Assembly (NCBI RefSeq): GCF_006345805.1
Contig: NC_043005.1
Span: forward strand, 41,168,001-41,232,000
Source of the DNA: Octopus sinensis
Lineage: Eukaryota
Direction of reading: 5' to 3'
Length of the DNA: 64,000 nt
Shown: positions 1 to 63,877 of the stretch, piece after piece
Position numbering within the stretch: the stretch's first letter is position 1
Layout: every line of letters starts with the position of its first letter
Program-made: the position numbers and the translations under genes
Notes under the pieces: model-generated
What the model was told of the DNA's origin: nothing
Database searches by the model: none
The model's input: only the letters and a program-made list of their open reading frames with translations

Positions 1-142
1 ATAATACTTTATAGCTTCATTGGAGCCTTGAATATGAAATGCTATTTATTTGGGAAAAGAATTACATTTTGTGCATATATATATAGAGAAAGGCATTACC
101 ATTAAGAAAGTTAATACAAATGTGTGTCTGTGCACAAATGTG

Positions 143-223
<81 letters not shown>

Positions 224-1238
224 TTGTATTTTTGAATACAAGAATGAATCATCAGTGGGAAATGGTAGTTTAGGATTAAAACCAAAACATGTTACATGGT
301 AAGAGTAAGCATACTGAAATGAAAGGAACAAGCAGATAGATACAGAGATAAGCTGACAGAAATTGTTTAAGGTAGATGTTAAATATGTTGTATTAGTATA
401 TTGTGAAACATCTGTGATATTATGTTGTCTTGAATGGAGAACTTTACATACCTAATAATATTTTAGAAAAAAATAGTGTGTGAATTGAACAACATGACTT
501 ACTACTGATTAAACTCTTTGAAATAGATAATACATGTCATAAACTTATCTGTGAATATAATACACTCTAGTGACAAAATTATGTGCAGTGTTTTTTGTCA
601 ACAGCACACAGTGATATTTAAAAAAAAAACATGCAGCATTCGGCATCATAATGTGAAAAACCACAAACAGTATTCCAATGCCTCTTACAGAAAATCTTGC
701 ATACTAAAGTGTGAGAGATATGTTTGACAGTCATAACAAAAAAAATATTGTAATGCATTGTAGCATGAGAGATACTTGCAACAATCCAAAATATCTGGTA
801 CAGGAGAGCATTCATGAAATACAGCAACGTGAATAAAAACAAGAAAAATACATGCAATGCTGTAACAACATCTCACATGAGTGAGCATTCATTCAAAATA
901 AAATTCAGCTGATTGGATTTTTTTTTTTTTTAAAAAAGGCATGTTTGACATTTCAATACCCAATATGACAACTTACCTGTTTTCATTTCTATTAAATATT
1001 TGGTGTTAATAGCAAGAGAAGAATTAGCAATGATAGTCCTTAAATGGGCATATAATAACATCATCAGGAAGAGAACTGACAAGATATTCTATTGTTGCAA
1101 TTACTAATACATTATACATGCACACACACACACATAACATATATATACGCCTACATACACATACAATCACACATTCAAATAAAAGAAAAACGCTATCACT
1201 ATACAACAACAACAATAATATTAATAGTAATAATAATA

Positions 1239-1298
<60 letters not shown>

Positions 1299-1299
<1 letters not shown>

Positions 1300-2353
1300 A
1301 CATATTCAGTAAGAATATCAGAATGAAATTTGTGACTAAAAAGTGTGGTGTGCTTATTATACAAAGAGGCAAAGTAGTATCGTCTGATGGTGTAGAGCTG
1401 CTCAATGGCAAGAAACTCAAGGATATTGAGACTAAGGAATATAAATATCTGGGGATTTTAGAATACGACAAAATCAAGGAAAGTGAAATGAAAGAAAGCT
1501 TTAGGCGAGAAATATCTCAGAAGAACCAAGTTAATTAGGGGAAGTAGACTCAATGGAAAAAACAAAATCAAGGCAATGAACACATGGGCTGTTTCCTTAA
1601 TGCGATATGGCACAGGTGTTGTTAGGTGGACAAAGAACAAGCTTGAGGAAATGGACAGGAAAACTAGAAAAGTGATGACAATCAACAAGGAACTACACCT
1701 CAAAAGTGATACTGACAGACTGTATGTACCTAGAAACAGGGTTGGAAGAGGTCTCATAGGATGCAAGATCTGTGTTGTCAATCAGAAGAACAGTCTGGGA
1801 TGGTACATCAAACAGCAAAGTGAGCCCTTGCTTGCTGCTGTTAGAATTAACAATATAATACCTACTAAAAAATGTGATGGGCCCACAAACATTTAAGAAA
1901 CAAGATGCTGTTGTGGCAGATAAAAGGAAAAAGGAAACCAGGATCATAAATATTGCAATACGTGGAGATGCACGCGTAAGTGACAAAGGAATAGTAAAGA
2001 TTGAAAAGTACTGAGTACGAAAAGATGAAATTGCATGAATGTAGACTATGAGGAGAGTATCTATCTTTCCAGTAGTTGTAGAGACACTCAGAGCACTAAC
2101 AACCAAGTTTGAGAAGTATGTCAAAGAAATCAGAATTGACATGAGAGCAAAGCAAGCTCAAAAAACTGCTCTGATGGGGACAGCAAGGATTTTGAGATTG
2201 ATTCTTGGATGTTGAATGTCTCCCATGATAATTAACAACCAAGTATCAAAGCTTATAACGTGCAGAAAGAGACTCTGTGTAACCTCTGACTGCAGGCTGC
2301 TGTCTGCTCTCACAGAATATACCAGAACAAACAAGACTGAATGTTGCAAAAAC
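1299..2353 (+). mobile_element. 5'-truncated, internally deleted RLE-type non-LTR retrotransposon (R4/Dong-like), copy A
   Basis: Late RT/thumb motifs (KCG..I, YKYLGILE, NTWAVSLMRYG...W....L..MDRKTRK...H.KSDTDRLYVPR..GRGL) then RLE C-terminus (D.VV.DK...IINIAI...KIEKY...AQKTALMGTARILR); stops and frameshifts; begins right after (AAT)n. Confidence 0.85.
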
Positions 2354-2894
2354 AATGATAGTAATAATGAGAAGTAAAGTGATAATTAATAATAAGAATC
2401 CTTTCTACTATAGGCACAAAGCCTGGAATTTGATTACATCTACCCCAATACTTGACTGGTACTTAATTTATTGACCCCGAAAGAATGACAGGCGAAGTAG
2501 ACCTTGGTGGAATTTGAACTCAGAATGTAGCAACAGGCGAAATACCACTCAACATTTTGCCTGGTATGCTAATGGTTCTGCCAGCTCATGCCTTAATAAC
2601 AACAACAACAATAATAATAATTTTTTCTGCTAAAGGCATAAGGTCTGAAATTTGGGGGAGGGGACTAGTTAATTATATTGACTTCAGTGTTTTACTGGTA
2701 CTTAATTTATTGACCTTGAAAGGATGATAGGCGAAGCCGACATCAGCAGAATTTGAACTCTGAATGTAAAGATGGGTAAAATGCCGCCAAACATTTTGCT
2801 TGGTGAGCTAACAGTTCTGCCTGCTTGCCACCTTAATAATGACGACAATGACGACGACAACAACAACAACAATGATAATGATAAGGATAATTCA

Positions 2895-4235
2895 AGTTGT
2901 AAAAAAAGGCTGGAAAAAGGTTGGCTGTGGATTTTTGCAACTTGAATTGACAATGAAGATTGCCACAATTGGCCTAAGCACTTACCTGAAAAAATCAGAT
3001 CACTGGATGCAAAAAGTTGTCTTAAAGCACGAAAACAAGAAAACCTCATACTCAATGACAAAATAGGCAAGGAAATATCTAAGTGAATTCCAAATACAGC
3101 AAATACCAGAATTAGATGTACTGGAAACAAGCAAAGAAAAAGCTAATCATATAAAAACACTTCCTAAAACTGTTGCCTTAGATACGCTTACTAATAAATA
3201 ACAAGAAAAACTTCTCAATGACAAATATCCAAAGAGAGCTAATAATGCTGATGTTGACAAAGTTCTTACCCATCAATGGTTAGTGTCTTCTGGTTTAAAA
3301 TCTAAGACAGAAGGGTCTATAGTAGCAGCCCAGGATCAATGCCTGCCTACAAGAAGCTACCAGGTCAATATCTTAAAGAATGGCAGTAGCCCAACATGTC
3401 ATATAAGTAAACAACAGATTGAAACCAACAATCATGTGTCCATGTGAAGCCTTCTTGCACCTACAAAGTATCTCAACAGTGGCACAATATATTAACTGGG
3501 TAATTTGCAAAGACCTGGACTTGCCCCATGATAGAAACTGGTGGGAACACAAACTACTGCCAGCACTTGTAAATGATTACACCTCACTCCTTTGGAACTT
3601 CACCATTAAACTGACAGAAAGATAGAAGCAAATAAGTCAGACATTATATTGAAAGATTTCAGACAAAAATCATGCCTCCTCATCGATATGACTGCCCCAA
3701 TCGACATAAATGTATTTGTTGAGGCCTACCAAAAACTGAGCAAATATAAAGACCTTGAAATAGAAACTGGTAAAATATGGAACCTCAGAACTAAAACAAT
3801 AACTGTTGTCATAGATGCCCTAGGAATGATAGCAAAAGGGGCTGATTGCTATCTACCACAGATACCAGGAAATCTAAATATGGAAGAAATTCAAAAAATA
3901 GTGCTCATGGGAACTGCTCATATTCTATGAAAAATACTGTTTGTGTAATTCTAAAAACATTTTTAACCTGTAAACATTGTGAAAAGAACTTTTAAATGCA
4001 CATAATAGCAAACACCTTTTACTGACAGCTTAAGATCACACCATCCTCTTGTCACCAAAGCACTTTTAAAATAACTTTTAATTTTCTTATGTTTTGACAG
4101 ACATTCTCTATTGCAAAACCAAAAATATAGCGCCCAAGTCACAACACCAACTTGAATTTCTAATTTGTTGTCTCTTGAGGTCTCTGGGTGAGACTGGGAG
4201 TCAACAAAGCAAAAGCCAAATATACAAAAACAGCA
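2895..4235 (+). mobile_element. 5'-truncated R4/Dong-like retrotransposon, copy B (second subfamily)
   Basis: THQWLVSSGLKSKTEG.IVAAQDQCLPTR, LLWNFTI, DIILKDF...CLLIDM..P.D...KLSKYKDLEIE...IQKIVLMGTAHIL (restriction-like endonuclease), then 3' UTR and (AAT)n. Confidence 0.88.
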
Positions 4236-4242
4236 ACAACGA

Positions 4243-4253
4243 TAATAATAATA

Positions 4254-4298
<45 letters not shown>

Positions 4299-4319
4299 GT
4301 AATAATAATAATAATAATG

Positions 4320-4350
<31 letters not shown>

Positions 4351-4372
4351 TCATAATAATAATAATAATAAT
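4243..4372. repeat. (AAT)n microsatellite; similar arrays at 1219-1298, 4525-4577, 10390-10450, 11845-11930, 17749-17826, 18620-18710, 25520-25650, 45979-46018; (GAT)n at 29290-29385
   Basis: Direct reading; explains the poly-N/I/Y ORFs. Confidence 0.95.
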
Positions 4373-4523
4373 ATTGCAAAAGTTGGCACTGCTTGGAACT
4401 GCACGCATATTGCATAAAATACTATCTGTCTGAGGTCCTTGTGACTTGACAAACAGTACAAACCCCCAGGAGACACAATATCTTCAATCAACAACCTCAA
4501 AATATTGTATACTGTGCAACATC

Positions 4524-4524
<1 letters not shown>
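4373..4524 (+). mobile_element. Extreme 3' end of an R4/Dong-like element, copy C
   Basis: LQKLALLGTARILHKILSV* plus short UTR, with (AAT)n directly on both sides. Confidence 0.75.
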
Positions 4525-4577
<53 letters not shown>

Positions 4578-4781
4578 TTTTTTATTAGCCTCATACAAAA
4601 AAAAAAGGAAGAAAAACACTTTCACAAGAGGCTACAAAGAAAGAAAAGATATTGTAGAGTGTGAAAAAAAGTTTACAAAGTATGAATGGTGTAGGTAAGG
4701 GAAATTGTCTGGAAGGATATATTAAGAATTTTGAAGGTACAGACACATGTCCATGCATCCATATGTATACATATATACACC

Positions 4782-4826
<45 letters not shown>

Positions 4827-4884
4827 ATATATATTATATATATATATATATTATATATATATATATATTTGTGTGTATATATAT

Positions 4885-4924
<40 letters not shown>

Positions 4925-5121
4925 ATATATATATATATAAATATGTGCATATATATAGTATGATCTGGCTGAAACTTTGAAGTCACTGTCAATACTATTC
5001 TTGTTAAAGAATAATAATTTGTACTCTACCCAATGAATTGAGTAATCCTTCAATTTATTGTAAATTTGTCTTTATTAGAATATAAAACAAGTAATAATAT
5101 ATAAAACACACACACGTGTGC

Positions 5122-5201
<80 letters not shown>

Positions 5202-5347
5202 ATATATATAGCAATAATAAATCTCTGAGTGAGATGTATATACACACACATAAACATGTTTGTGCATGCCCATACATACACACATACAAACTGTTGCATG
5301 GAAATAAATTAAAAAGTATAATCCAATAAATAAAGCTAGATATGATC

Positions 5348-5448
5348 TTAAGAAATAAGCTATGAATGATCTGAATAATTTTTTAAGAAATAAGCAATGA
5401 AAGATCTGACTAATTTTAAGAAATAAGCAATGAAAGATCTGACTAAGT
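5348..5448. repeat. Three tandem copies of a 33-35-bp unit
   Basis: TTAAGAAATAAGCAATGAAAGATCTGACTAA x3, first copy diverged. Confidence 0.9.
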
Positions 5449-5899
5449 TGACTTAAGGTATTCTACAACTCCATTGACTTTCTCAAATTGTGTTCAAGTG
5501 CAAATGAACATACCAATAAGCCTTTTTGAGGGCAGTTGATGTTGGAAACCAACATCCTGAGCATATTCTATTTTAAGTTCAAGATAAAGTCTTAATTTTA
5601 ATTTTTCTAATAGTCTATCTTTTACATGTTTGTTTAAAATTGAACATAACTGTTTTTGTATCATTCTACCTTCCGCAAAGAGTCTGTGGCACCCCAGAAG
5701 CATAAGTTTGTTTATCACTTGTTTGATTCTTGAAGAATAGTAAATCTTAGTTCATCTTCATCCTCTGCATTTCATTTGTTATTTTCCTAAAAGAAACTGC
5801 TCATCTCACCTGTTTTTGTTGTTTTATGGTGAATTTTCTTTTCATGAGATTTTAAAACTTCTTTTATCACTTCACATTTGGGAATTTTCATCTGTAATT

Positions 5900-6720
5900 A
5901 TCTTCCCCTCATAGTATGATGGTTTGCTGTAACAGGTTGGTACTGTTAAGAGATGAAGTGTTTGCTCATATATTTATGATACAAGACCTAAAGGTAGTTC
6001 ATTTGCCACTCCCATAGTTTTGGTTGGTGAAGCTTTAGAAATAAGGTTTGTTGCTCTTCTTGATCTTATCATCTTTGCTTTGATTGTTTCTATTTAATCT
6101 CCTCAGCTCTGGCATTCAACCGTAAGGTGGGTTTTACTCCAGCAAATGTAACAATTAGATTTTCTCTCCAGTATCATCAATTGTCTCAATGCCTTCCGCT
6201 GGGCAGTTTTGGTATGGTTCTGTGGCCTTTGGAGAGCATTAAAACTTGCAAGTCTATATTGAAACCCTATCCATCATGGGTCATCTTTAGTTAAGCTTAT
6301 ATCAACCACTCCCTTATACTGTGACACAAAATTCAAAACCAGCCCTTTGTCCAATGTCTTTTATTGTGATTCTTGTGTGTCTGATATATTTACTGGGGCA
6401 CAAATATATGGTCAGAGTTACAGTTAACAAATTCCACCTCTGATCTGGCTCTTTACAGTTTTAAATATACAGCAGATAGTGACTTTTATATTTTTCATTT
6501 GAGATAACTTCTCCTGACATCTTCTGAAAGGTTTCTTATACTACTTGATGTGAGGGAAAATAATTTAATCCCCTTCCATTCTTTTCATAGGCAGAAAAAT
6601 ATAACTTTCTTGTACCTTCTTCTGGATTATCTCTTGCTGCAAAGAAATACTGCTAATTTTTACAAAATTTTCTTGTAATTTTGACATGCGCAACAGTTCT
6701 GTCTGTTCTTTTTTGTATTG
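5900..6720 (-). pseudogene. Decayed Gag/ORF1-like retroelement coding relic with CCHC zinc knuckle
   Basis: CYICWSKTHLTVEC (CX2CX4HX4C) at 6112-6153 inside a long, stop-interrupted minus frame; family not assignable. Confidence 0.5.
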
Positions 6721-7619
6721 AAAGAAGATTCCTCTTTATACAACTTCTATGTGGATGGAATGCAGTATTAGGAATCATATGTGAGTTGTTACTGCTTTTG
6801 ATATTGCTATTATTGTCGCTGTCTTTCAAATGATTTATTTGAGTATTAGGGACATTTTCTTGTACCAATTGTTTATTATGCAATTCATTTTCTTCTTCTC
6901 CCTTGTAAATTTATGTGTGTGTGTGTGTGTGTGTGTGCATATGTGTTGTGTGTGTGTATATGTGTTGTGTGTGTGCATATGTATTGTGTGTGTGCATATG
7001 TGTTGTGTGTGTGTGTGAGTGTGCATGTGTTGTGTGTGTGTGTGTTTGTGTTATGTGTTTGGATAATGCCAAAGAGAGAAAATGTACTCAATACATGTGG
7101 ATAAGATTATTTGTCTGTAGCTTATGGTTCACTGTTTAATGTTTTTGCCCCCCAAAAGACTGTATACTGTGAGTATTAATATGTATCTCAGCACCATTTG
7201 AATAACCAATAATTTTAATGAAAATAATGCTGTACAATAATAGCATAAAGATGATTGAATCTTTACAAGAACCCACATTTTCTAATGCCACAGTTGTTAT
7301 AAATACACTTTCAAACTATATCTCAGCAGTCTGCTAGTAGATAACAGTGACACTTTTAGTATATTGGCTTCAAATTTTGGCACAAAGCCAGCAATTTCAG
7401 AGGAGTGGGTATGTTACTTACATAGACCCCAGTACTCAACTGGTACATATTTTATTAACCTTGAAAAGCTTGAAAGGTAAAGTCGACCGTGGTAGGATTT
7501 GAACTCAGAACATAAAGACAGATGAAATGCTGTTAAGCATTTTATCCAACACGTTAGCAATTCTGCCAGCTCACCACCTTAAGCTTTTGGTATATTAACA
7601 ACTGATTTAAACTGACTTG

Positions 7620-8448
7620 AATTATTTGTATGAAAATTTAATTTACTAAAAGATACAGTTATTGGTAATGAACATGGACTATGATCTCAAGATCCCTATG
7701 TAGTACTGATAGCTCCTTGGGTTTTATGCATCTATAAGCATTGGCTGTTTATATAAAAAGCTACATTTGAAAGAACTTTTGACATTTATCTAAACATTTC
7801 AGTGCATTCTGGCTCACTAGAAAATTTTGAAATTATGTCAGAGTGTACTACCTATGAAGAAACCCTACATAACTACACCAATCAAGAAATATTTTGAAAC
7901 TAGAATGAAAGGTAAGAGGCTGCCAGAGTAGTCAACTGCACATTCTGCATTTGATGCTAAGATCCATTTTCATTATTTTATTCTTATGATTGTTTGCAAC
8001 CAGACACTAGCCTTGTGCAGCAAGAATCAATCCTTCCGTTTCTGCTTTTAGACCAGAGCTTTTAAGCCATTGTTGATTTCCTTTTTGATTTCTTTGTAGA
8101 ATATTGGCCTTCGAGGGGTTTTTCTTTATTGTCTTCATTTGTTTGTTTTTGTAATTTTGTTTACATGTTTTTTTTTTGTCTCTGAAACCATTTCTGTCAA
8201 GGTGTTATTTAAGTTTATTATTTCAGAGTAATTTTTACTATTTTGTATTTTATTATATCCTTGAGGTTAGAGAAAGGTTTTTTCTATGTTTTCTTCTTCT
8301 TCTTCTTCTTCTTCTGTCTTCAAGTCACTCCTCTCCATCCATAATCACTGGCTTTCTATATCTGTTTTTGTACTCATATCTCTTGCAAACTGACTGTACA
8401 TTTTCCCCTTTCCTTTCCTCCTCCTCCTCCTCCTCCTCCTCCTCCTCC

Positions 8449-8510
<62 letters not shown>

Positions 8511-9560
8511 CGCAGCATTGCCTGCGTGTTGGGCAGAATGTTTAGTGATATTTTGTCTGTCATAATGTTCTGAGTTCAAATTCTTCTGAGGTCAATTTTG
8601 CCTCTCATCCTTCCAGGGTTGATAAAAGAAGAACCAGTTGAGCACTAGGGTCAATGTAATTGACTCACCCAACTCCCCTGAAATTGCTGGCCTTGTGCTA
8701 AAATTTGAAGCCATCATCATCATTATCATTATTATCATCATCATCTTGTTTTCAAAACTTTCATTTGAGATTCTACTACACCATCAGTTACAGCTTTGCT
8801 TTGTGGAAGTGTAGAATTATTCTGTATGTGTTGTGCAAGCTGGTTTTTTTTGTGTGTTTTATTGATGAGGGTGATTGTATATAGTGAGTTGCATTACATT
8901 ATTGAGTAGAATATGAGTTATGTAGAAAGTGCTACACTATCAAGTATTTATTATGAAAAGGTGTATATTGTGTGAGCAGGGTTATTTTATTGGGTGCTTA
9001 TTTTATAGGGTATGTATAACATGTAGAAAGTATACTGTTTTCAGTTGTGTTACTGAATTGAAATTGCATTAATCAGTTTCACTTCACTTGATTCAATGTA
9101 TTTTTCTGGTTTCAATGTTCTTATTTAATTTTTTGAATTAGATCCCATCCTTCTCTATGCTAGATAGGTATCGCTCATCCAAATAATATTCACAGTGATC
9201 GCGTTGGAAAGCTATTTGTAGTTTCCTAGTTTTTCAGTTCACTTAACTTCCAGTTTATCATGTTGAGGTTGTTGTTTATAACTGGAACAGCTAGTGTGTG
9301 TATACCTATTATCTTATTTCAAGCTTTTCATTTTTAAATGTTAGTCTGAGTCTGTTTTATTTGTTCCTAATTTTCTCCTTCATATCTCTTATATGTTATG
9401 AATTTCACCAGCTCCTACATATTTCTTTGGTTGGTTCTGGACTACCTTACCACTTTTAATATCTAGATATAATTTAATGTTCTCAGATTTAGTAAATTTA
9501 GATAGACTAATATTCATTGATATATCTTAACAGAATCCATGATCAGTTTCATTGCATAAC
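7620..9560 (-). mobile_element. Heavily decayed R4/Dong-like element in pieces (about 9110-9560 and 7620-8330), interrupted by a SINE and microsatellites
   Basis: Minus-strand remnants MKEKIR...LAVPVI...INWKLSELK and KPLEGQY...QWLKSSGLKAETEGLILAAQ...CRMC. Confidence 0.65.
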
Positions 9561-10387
9561 CAAGTGCTGCAATGTGTTCTTTTTGCACGTGTAATATTTG
9601 TTTATTTGCTTTTTTTTCTCTTATTACGTTGAAAGTACTCTATGTGATATGAGTGTAGAAGTGGATGGGAAGAAACAATTTCTTCTAAATAACAATGAAA
9701 TCCTACCCCAACAAATAATGAAAAAAATGCTGAGGACAAAAATGAACTAAGTTTAAACAAAAGTCAAGCAATCAGTGAATAGACAAACTTATGCACCCGT
9801 AGTGTAATGGACTTTCAAAGAAGTTGTAATGACACATAAATGATTAAGTTTGCAATATAAACCACATGCAAAAGATAGACTACTCATAAAATTAGAATTA
9901 AGACAGTATATTGAACTTAAAAAAAAAGAATTCCCTGAAGATAGAGTGTTTCAAACATCAAATCATCAAATACCTAGAAAATAAAAAACGCTTAATGATG
10001 CATTCAGTTGTACTTGAACACAGTTTGAGAAATTATTAAGTAATGAGGGTCATGAAGTGCCCAACTCTACCTAACCAATAATCTTATATGTTTATTTTCT
10101 TTTTGTTTTAAATATTATGAGTTTATTGTACTGTGTTTTTTTATATATTTTCTGTGCAAATATGTGTGCATGTAGACATGCATGTTTATGTGACTGTGTA
10201 TATATATACGTATGTGCATTTTTCAAAATTCTTATTATCATCTTCCATATATTGTATAACATCTCATACACTACCCTTTGTATTTCTGAGCATGGTTTCT
10301 TTTTCACATATCATATATTTTCTTTTTGCATTTTTGTATCTCTGTGAGTTCTTATGGCTAATATAAAAAAAGTTAGTGTTGTTGTTG

Positions 10388-10451
<64 letters not shown>

Positions 10452-11859
10452 GAAATTCAGCAGTCATTTAGATGGAAAAATATAAATATAACACATTCTT
10501 AGTCATGTGCAAGCATTTTTACACTCACAATAAAAAGAGACAAAAGATTTGTTGAATGAGTTCATTAACAGAAATAACACGTTCTGCATCTCTCTCCTTC
10601 TCTTACACACACGCACACATGTAACAATGCTAACATTAGCAGAAATAGTGATGATAAAATTTTTTTTACTTCTACTACTTCTCACAACAAAAATAGTAAC
10701 ACCACCATGAACAAGAACACAACAACAATAATAAAAAAAGGAGGAGGGAAGAATAGGAAAAGAAGAAGGCCAGTTTCTCTACCTCCTATCACACCCCAAG
10801 CCCTTCCCATCTCCTAGCTGGACTATCATATTTGTGCAGTTTATCTTGAATAAATAGTGCCACTGTGACAGCTACCAAATAAATGTATTATGTTTTGTTT
10901 CAAAGTGTCTTTCAATACTTGATCTGAATTTTCTCTGGAAAAGGATGATTTTTTTTATTTTTCAGGAGGGAGGGCAGAGGTTTACTCTACTGTGTTCCTC
11001 AGACTGTTGAGAAGAAGGAGGAAGGTATCCTTAAACCAAAGACTTGACCTGAATTCTTACAAGAGAGTGGACTCTGCTAACAGTACCCAAAGTAGCAGGT
11101 GGTAATATTATGCTAGATGATGGATTAAGACTAACATCTAAATAATCCACAGTGGGATTAGAACTCAGGATGCAAGGAGATGGAACAAATAACACAAGGT
11201 ATATTCTGGTTTGATGTTTTCACAGTTCCACAAATCCACCCATAAAAGATGAAAGGTGACATTAATCCAGATAGGATTTGAACTCAGAAGACAGAGGATC
11301 AGAATAAGTACCATGAAACATCTCATCCAACATTCTCTCAACTCTGCCAAATCATTATCTGTTGAGTAGTGGGCATAATCTGTTGCCTGTCTAAACTCCT
11401 ATCACCTGGTCCTTTAGTAGCACTTTTTATCAGTGTCTACTCTGTTAAAAGAATTTGATCCTTGATATAGTACAGCTCCTCCTTTTCTTTCTTCCAGTTT
11501 CGAAGGCTCTGTAAAAGATCATGAAGTACTGCCCTTCCTACATAACAAAGAAGCTGTAAAAATATTTTAGAAAGAGAATAATTTCAAAAACTATTGTAGC
11601 TGATTCTCAAACACAGATGACTATATTTAAACCTGGTTATTTTTCTGAATTAATTAAACCTCTTTTAATTACGGTTCAATGAATATGTTAATTGGTTACC
11701 TTAAAGCCACTCGACTTGATTAATTCAAAGGTAATCACAAATATATTCTCCAGATTCAACTAAATATGACAGGGCCTAGCAAACTGCACACTCTGCATTA
11801 TAAATCATACCTTATCACATCTCTGATGTGATAACGTGTGATTAATAATAATAATAATG

Positions 11860-11926
<67 letters not shown>

Positions 11927-12973
11927 TAATTCTTCTAGTATATTCTAAGATACATTCTGATGTTTTAAATTATAAAACAATTTAATTAAACATCATTGGG
12001 CATAGCCTTAGTAAATTTAAACAACCATTGGTTGTTTTCTTCTTTTGTTGTCCATTGAGAGCCAACAATAATATCCACTCACTTAATATTAGTTTCAAAT
12101 CTTGGCACAAGGCCAGCAAATTCAGTGAAGGGTCTAGTCAATTACATTTGACTCCAGTGCTCTCCAAAAAGATGAAAGGCAAAGTCAACCACAGTAGAAT
12201 GTGAACTCAGAATGTAAGGATGGACAAAATACCACAAAGCATTTTGCCCTGCCCGCTAATGATTCCACTAGCTCACTGCCTCTGGAATTAACAAATGCAG
12301 TCAAGTATCTTGCCTGTTGTGCTAATGATTCTGCCAGCTGACTGCCTTCCACTCTCTTAATATTGAGATCTTTGGTGGCTGGACACACCTATTCTGGATC
12401 AATAAGCTCTATTGTGGTGATTCATGTATATGTAATAGTGATAGCAGCAGTAACTGAGGTAGGTATGACTGGCTGATTAAAATATTTACTTAACTATTGT
12501 GAGTTTGTGGGTTCAATCGTACGGAGTGGCATATTGGGTAAATGACTTGGCTTGACTCATGCCTCGTGAATTTAATTGGGCCAATAGATAATGTGTTGTA
12601 AGTCCATTACATGGAATGTACATAATCATCATCATTGTTACTATTTTAATGTCCACTTTTCCTTGCTTGTATGAGTCAGACAGAATTTGTTGAGGTAGAT
12701 TTTTCTATGGTTGAATGCCCTTCACCTGTTTCCAAGCAAAGTTATATTTCCCCATACCAGTCACATTTTTCATGGAAGATGGGAAATGAACAGTATCGCT
12801 TGTTTGATGGTGAAGTTTGCTTACAACCATCATGTGGTGTGAAGACAAGGGCATATATAAACACACGTAGAAGAAATTAGCTAAAACATTAACTAGTCAG
12901 CATGCAAACACATATGCATTCACGCAAACACAGACATACAAACACGCAAAGAAACAAACTAAAGCACTTGTAC

Positions 12974-63502
<50,529 letters not shown>

Positions 63503-63613
63503 CTGAAATGTTTGAATAATCAAAGGTTAGCTGGTTCAAATCATTAGAATGTGTAAGAATGCATAAGACGTGTGTGTGTATGTGTGTGTGCATATACACA
63601 CACACACACACAC

Positions 63614-63652
<39 letters not shown>

Positions 63653-63877
63653 CATATAGGTGCAGGCATGGATGTGCGGTTGGGAAATTCACATCTCAGT
63701 CTCATCGTTTCTGGTTCAATTCCAGTGTGCAGAGACCTTGGGCAAGTACTTTTGACTATGACTTTGAACCATCCAATATCTTGTGAATTAATTTCACAGA
63801 AACTGCTTCAAGACTGGCATATACGTATATCAGTGTGTATGTGTGTGAGTGTGGATGGGTGTGTTTTTGTATGTACA

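Noticed and set aside
243-298. Plus-strand mini-exon candidate (aag|NESSVGNGSLGLKPKHVTW|gtaaga)
   Set aside because: Weak acceptor next to a TG microsatellite and no partner exons found.
46-331. HT/CV/YI and poly-N/I/Y/H/P/G ORFs here and throughout the ORF track
   Set aside because: They are translations of (CA)n, (TA)n, (AAT)n, (CAC)n and similar microsatellites, with no splice context or protein features.
5348-5448. Short direct repeats as a possible CRISPR-like array
   Set aside because: Tandem units without unique spacers, in a eukaryotic intron with no cas genes.
1-12973. Next dynein exon (expected about GASLD...KW..D.TWLNL)
   Set aside because: Manual scanning for the W-L-N codon pattern and splice signals found no match; it presumably lies beyond the window.
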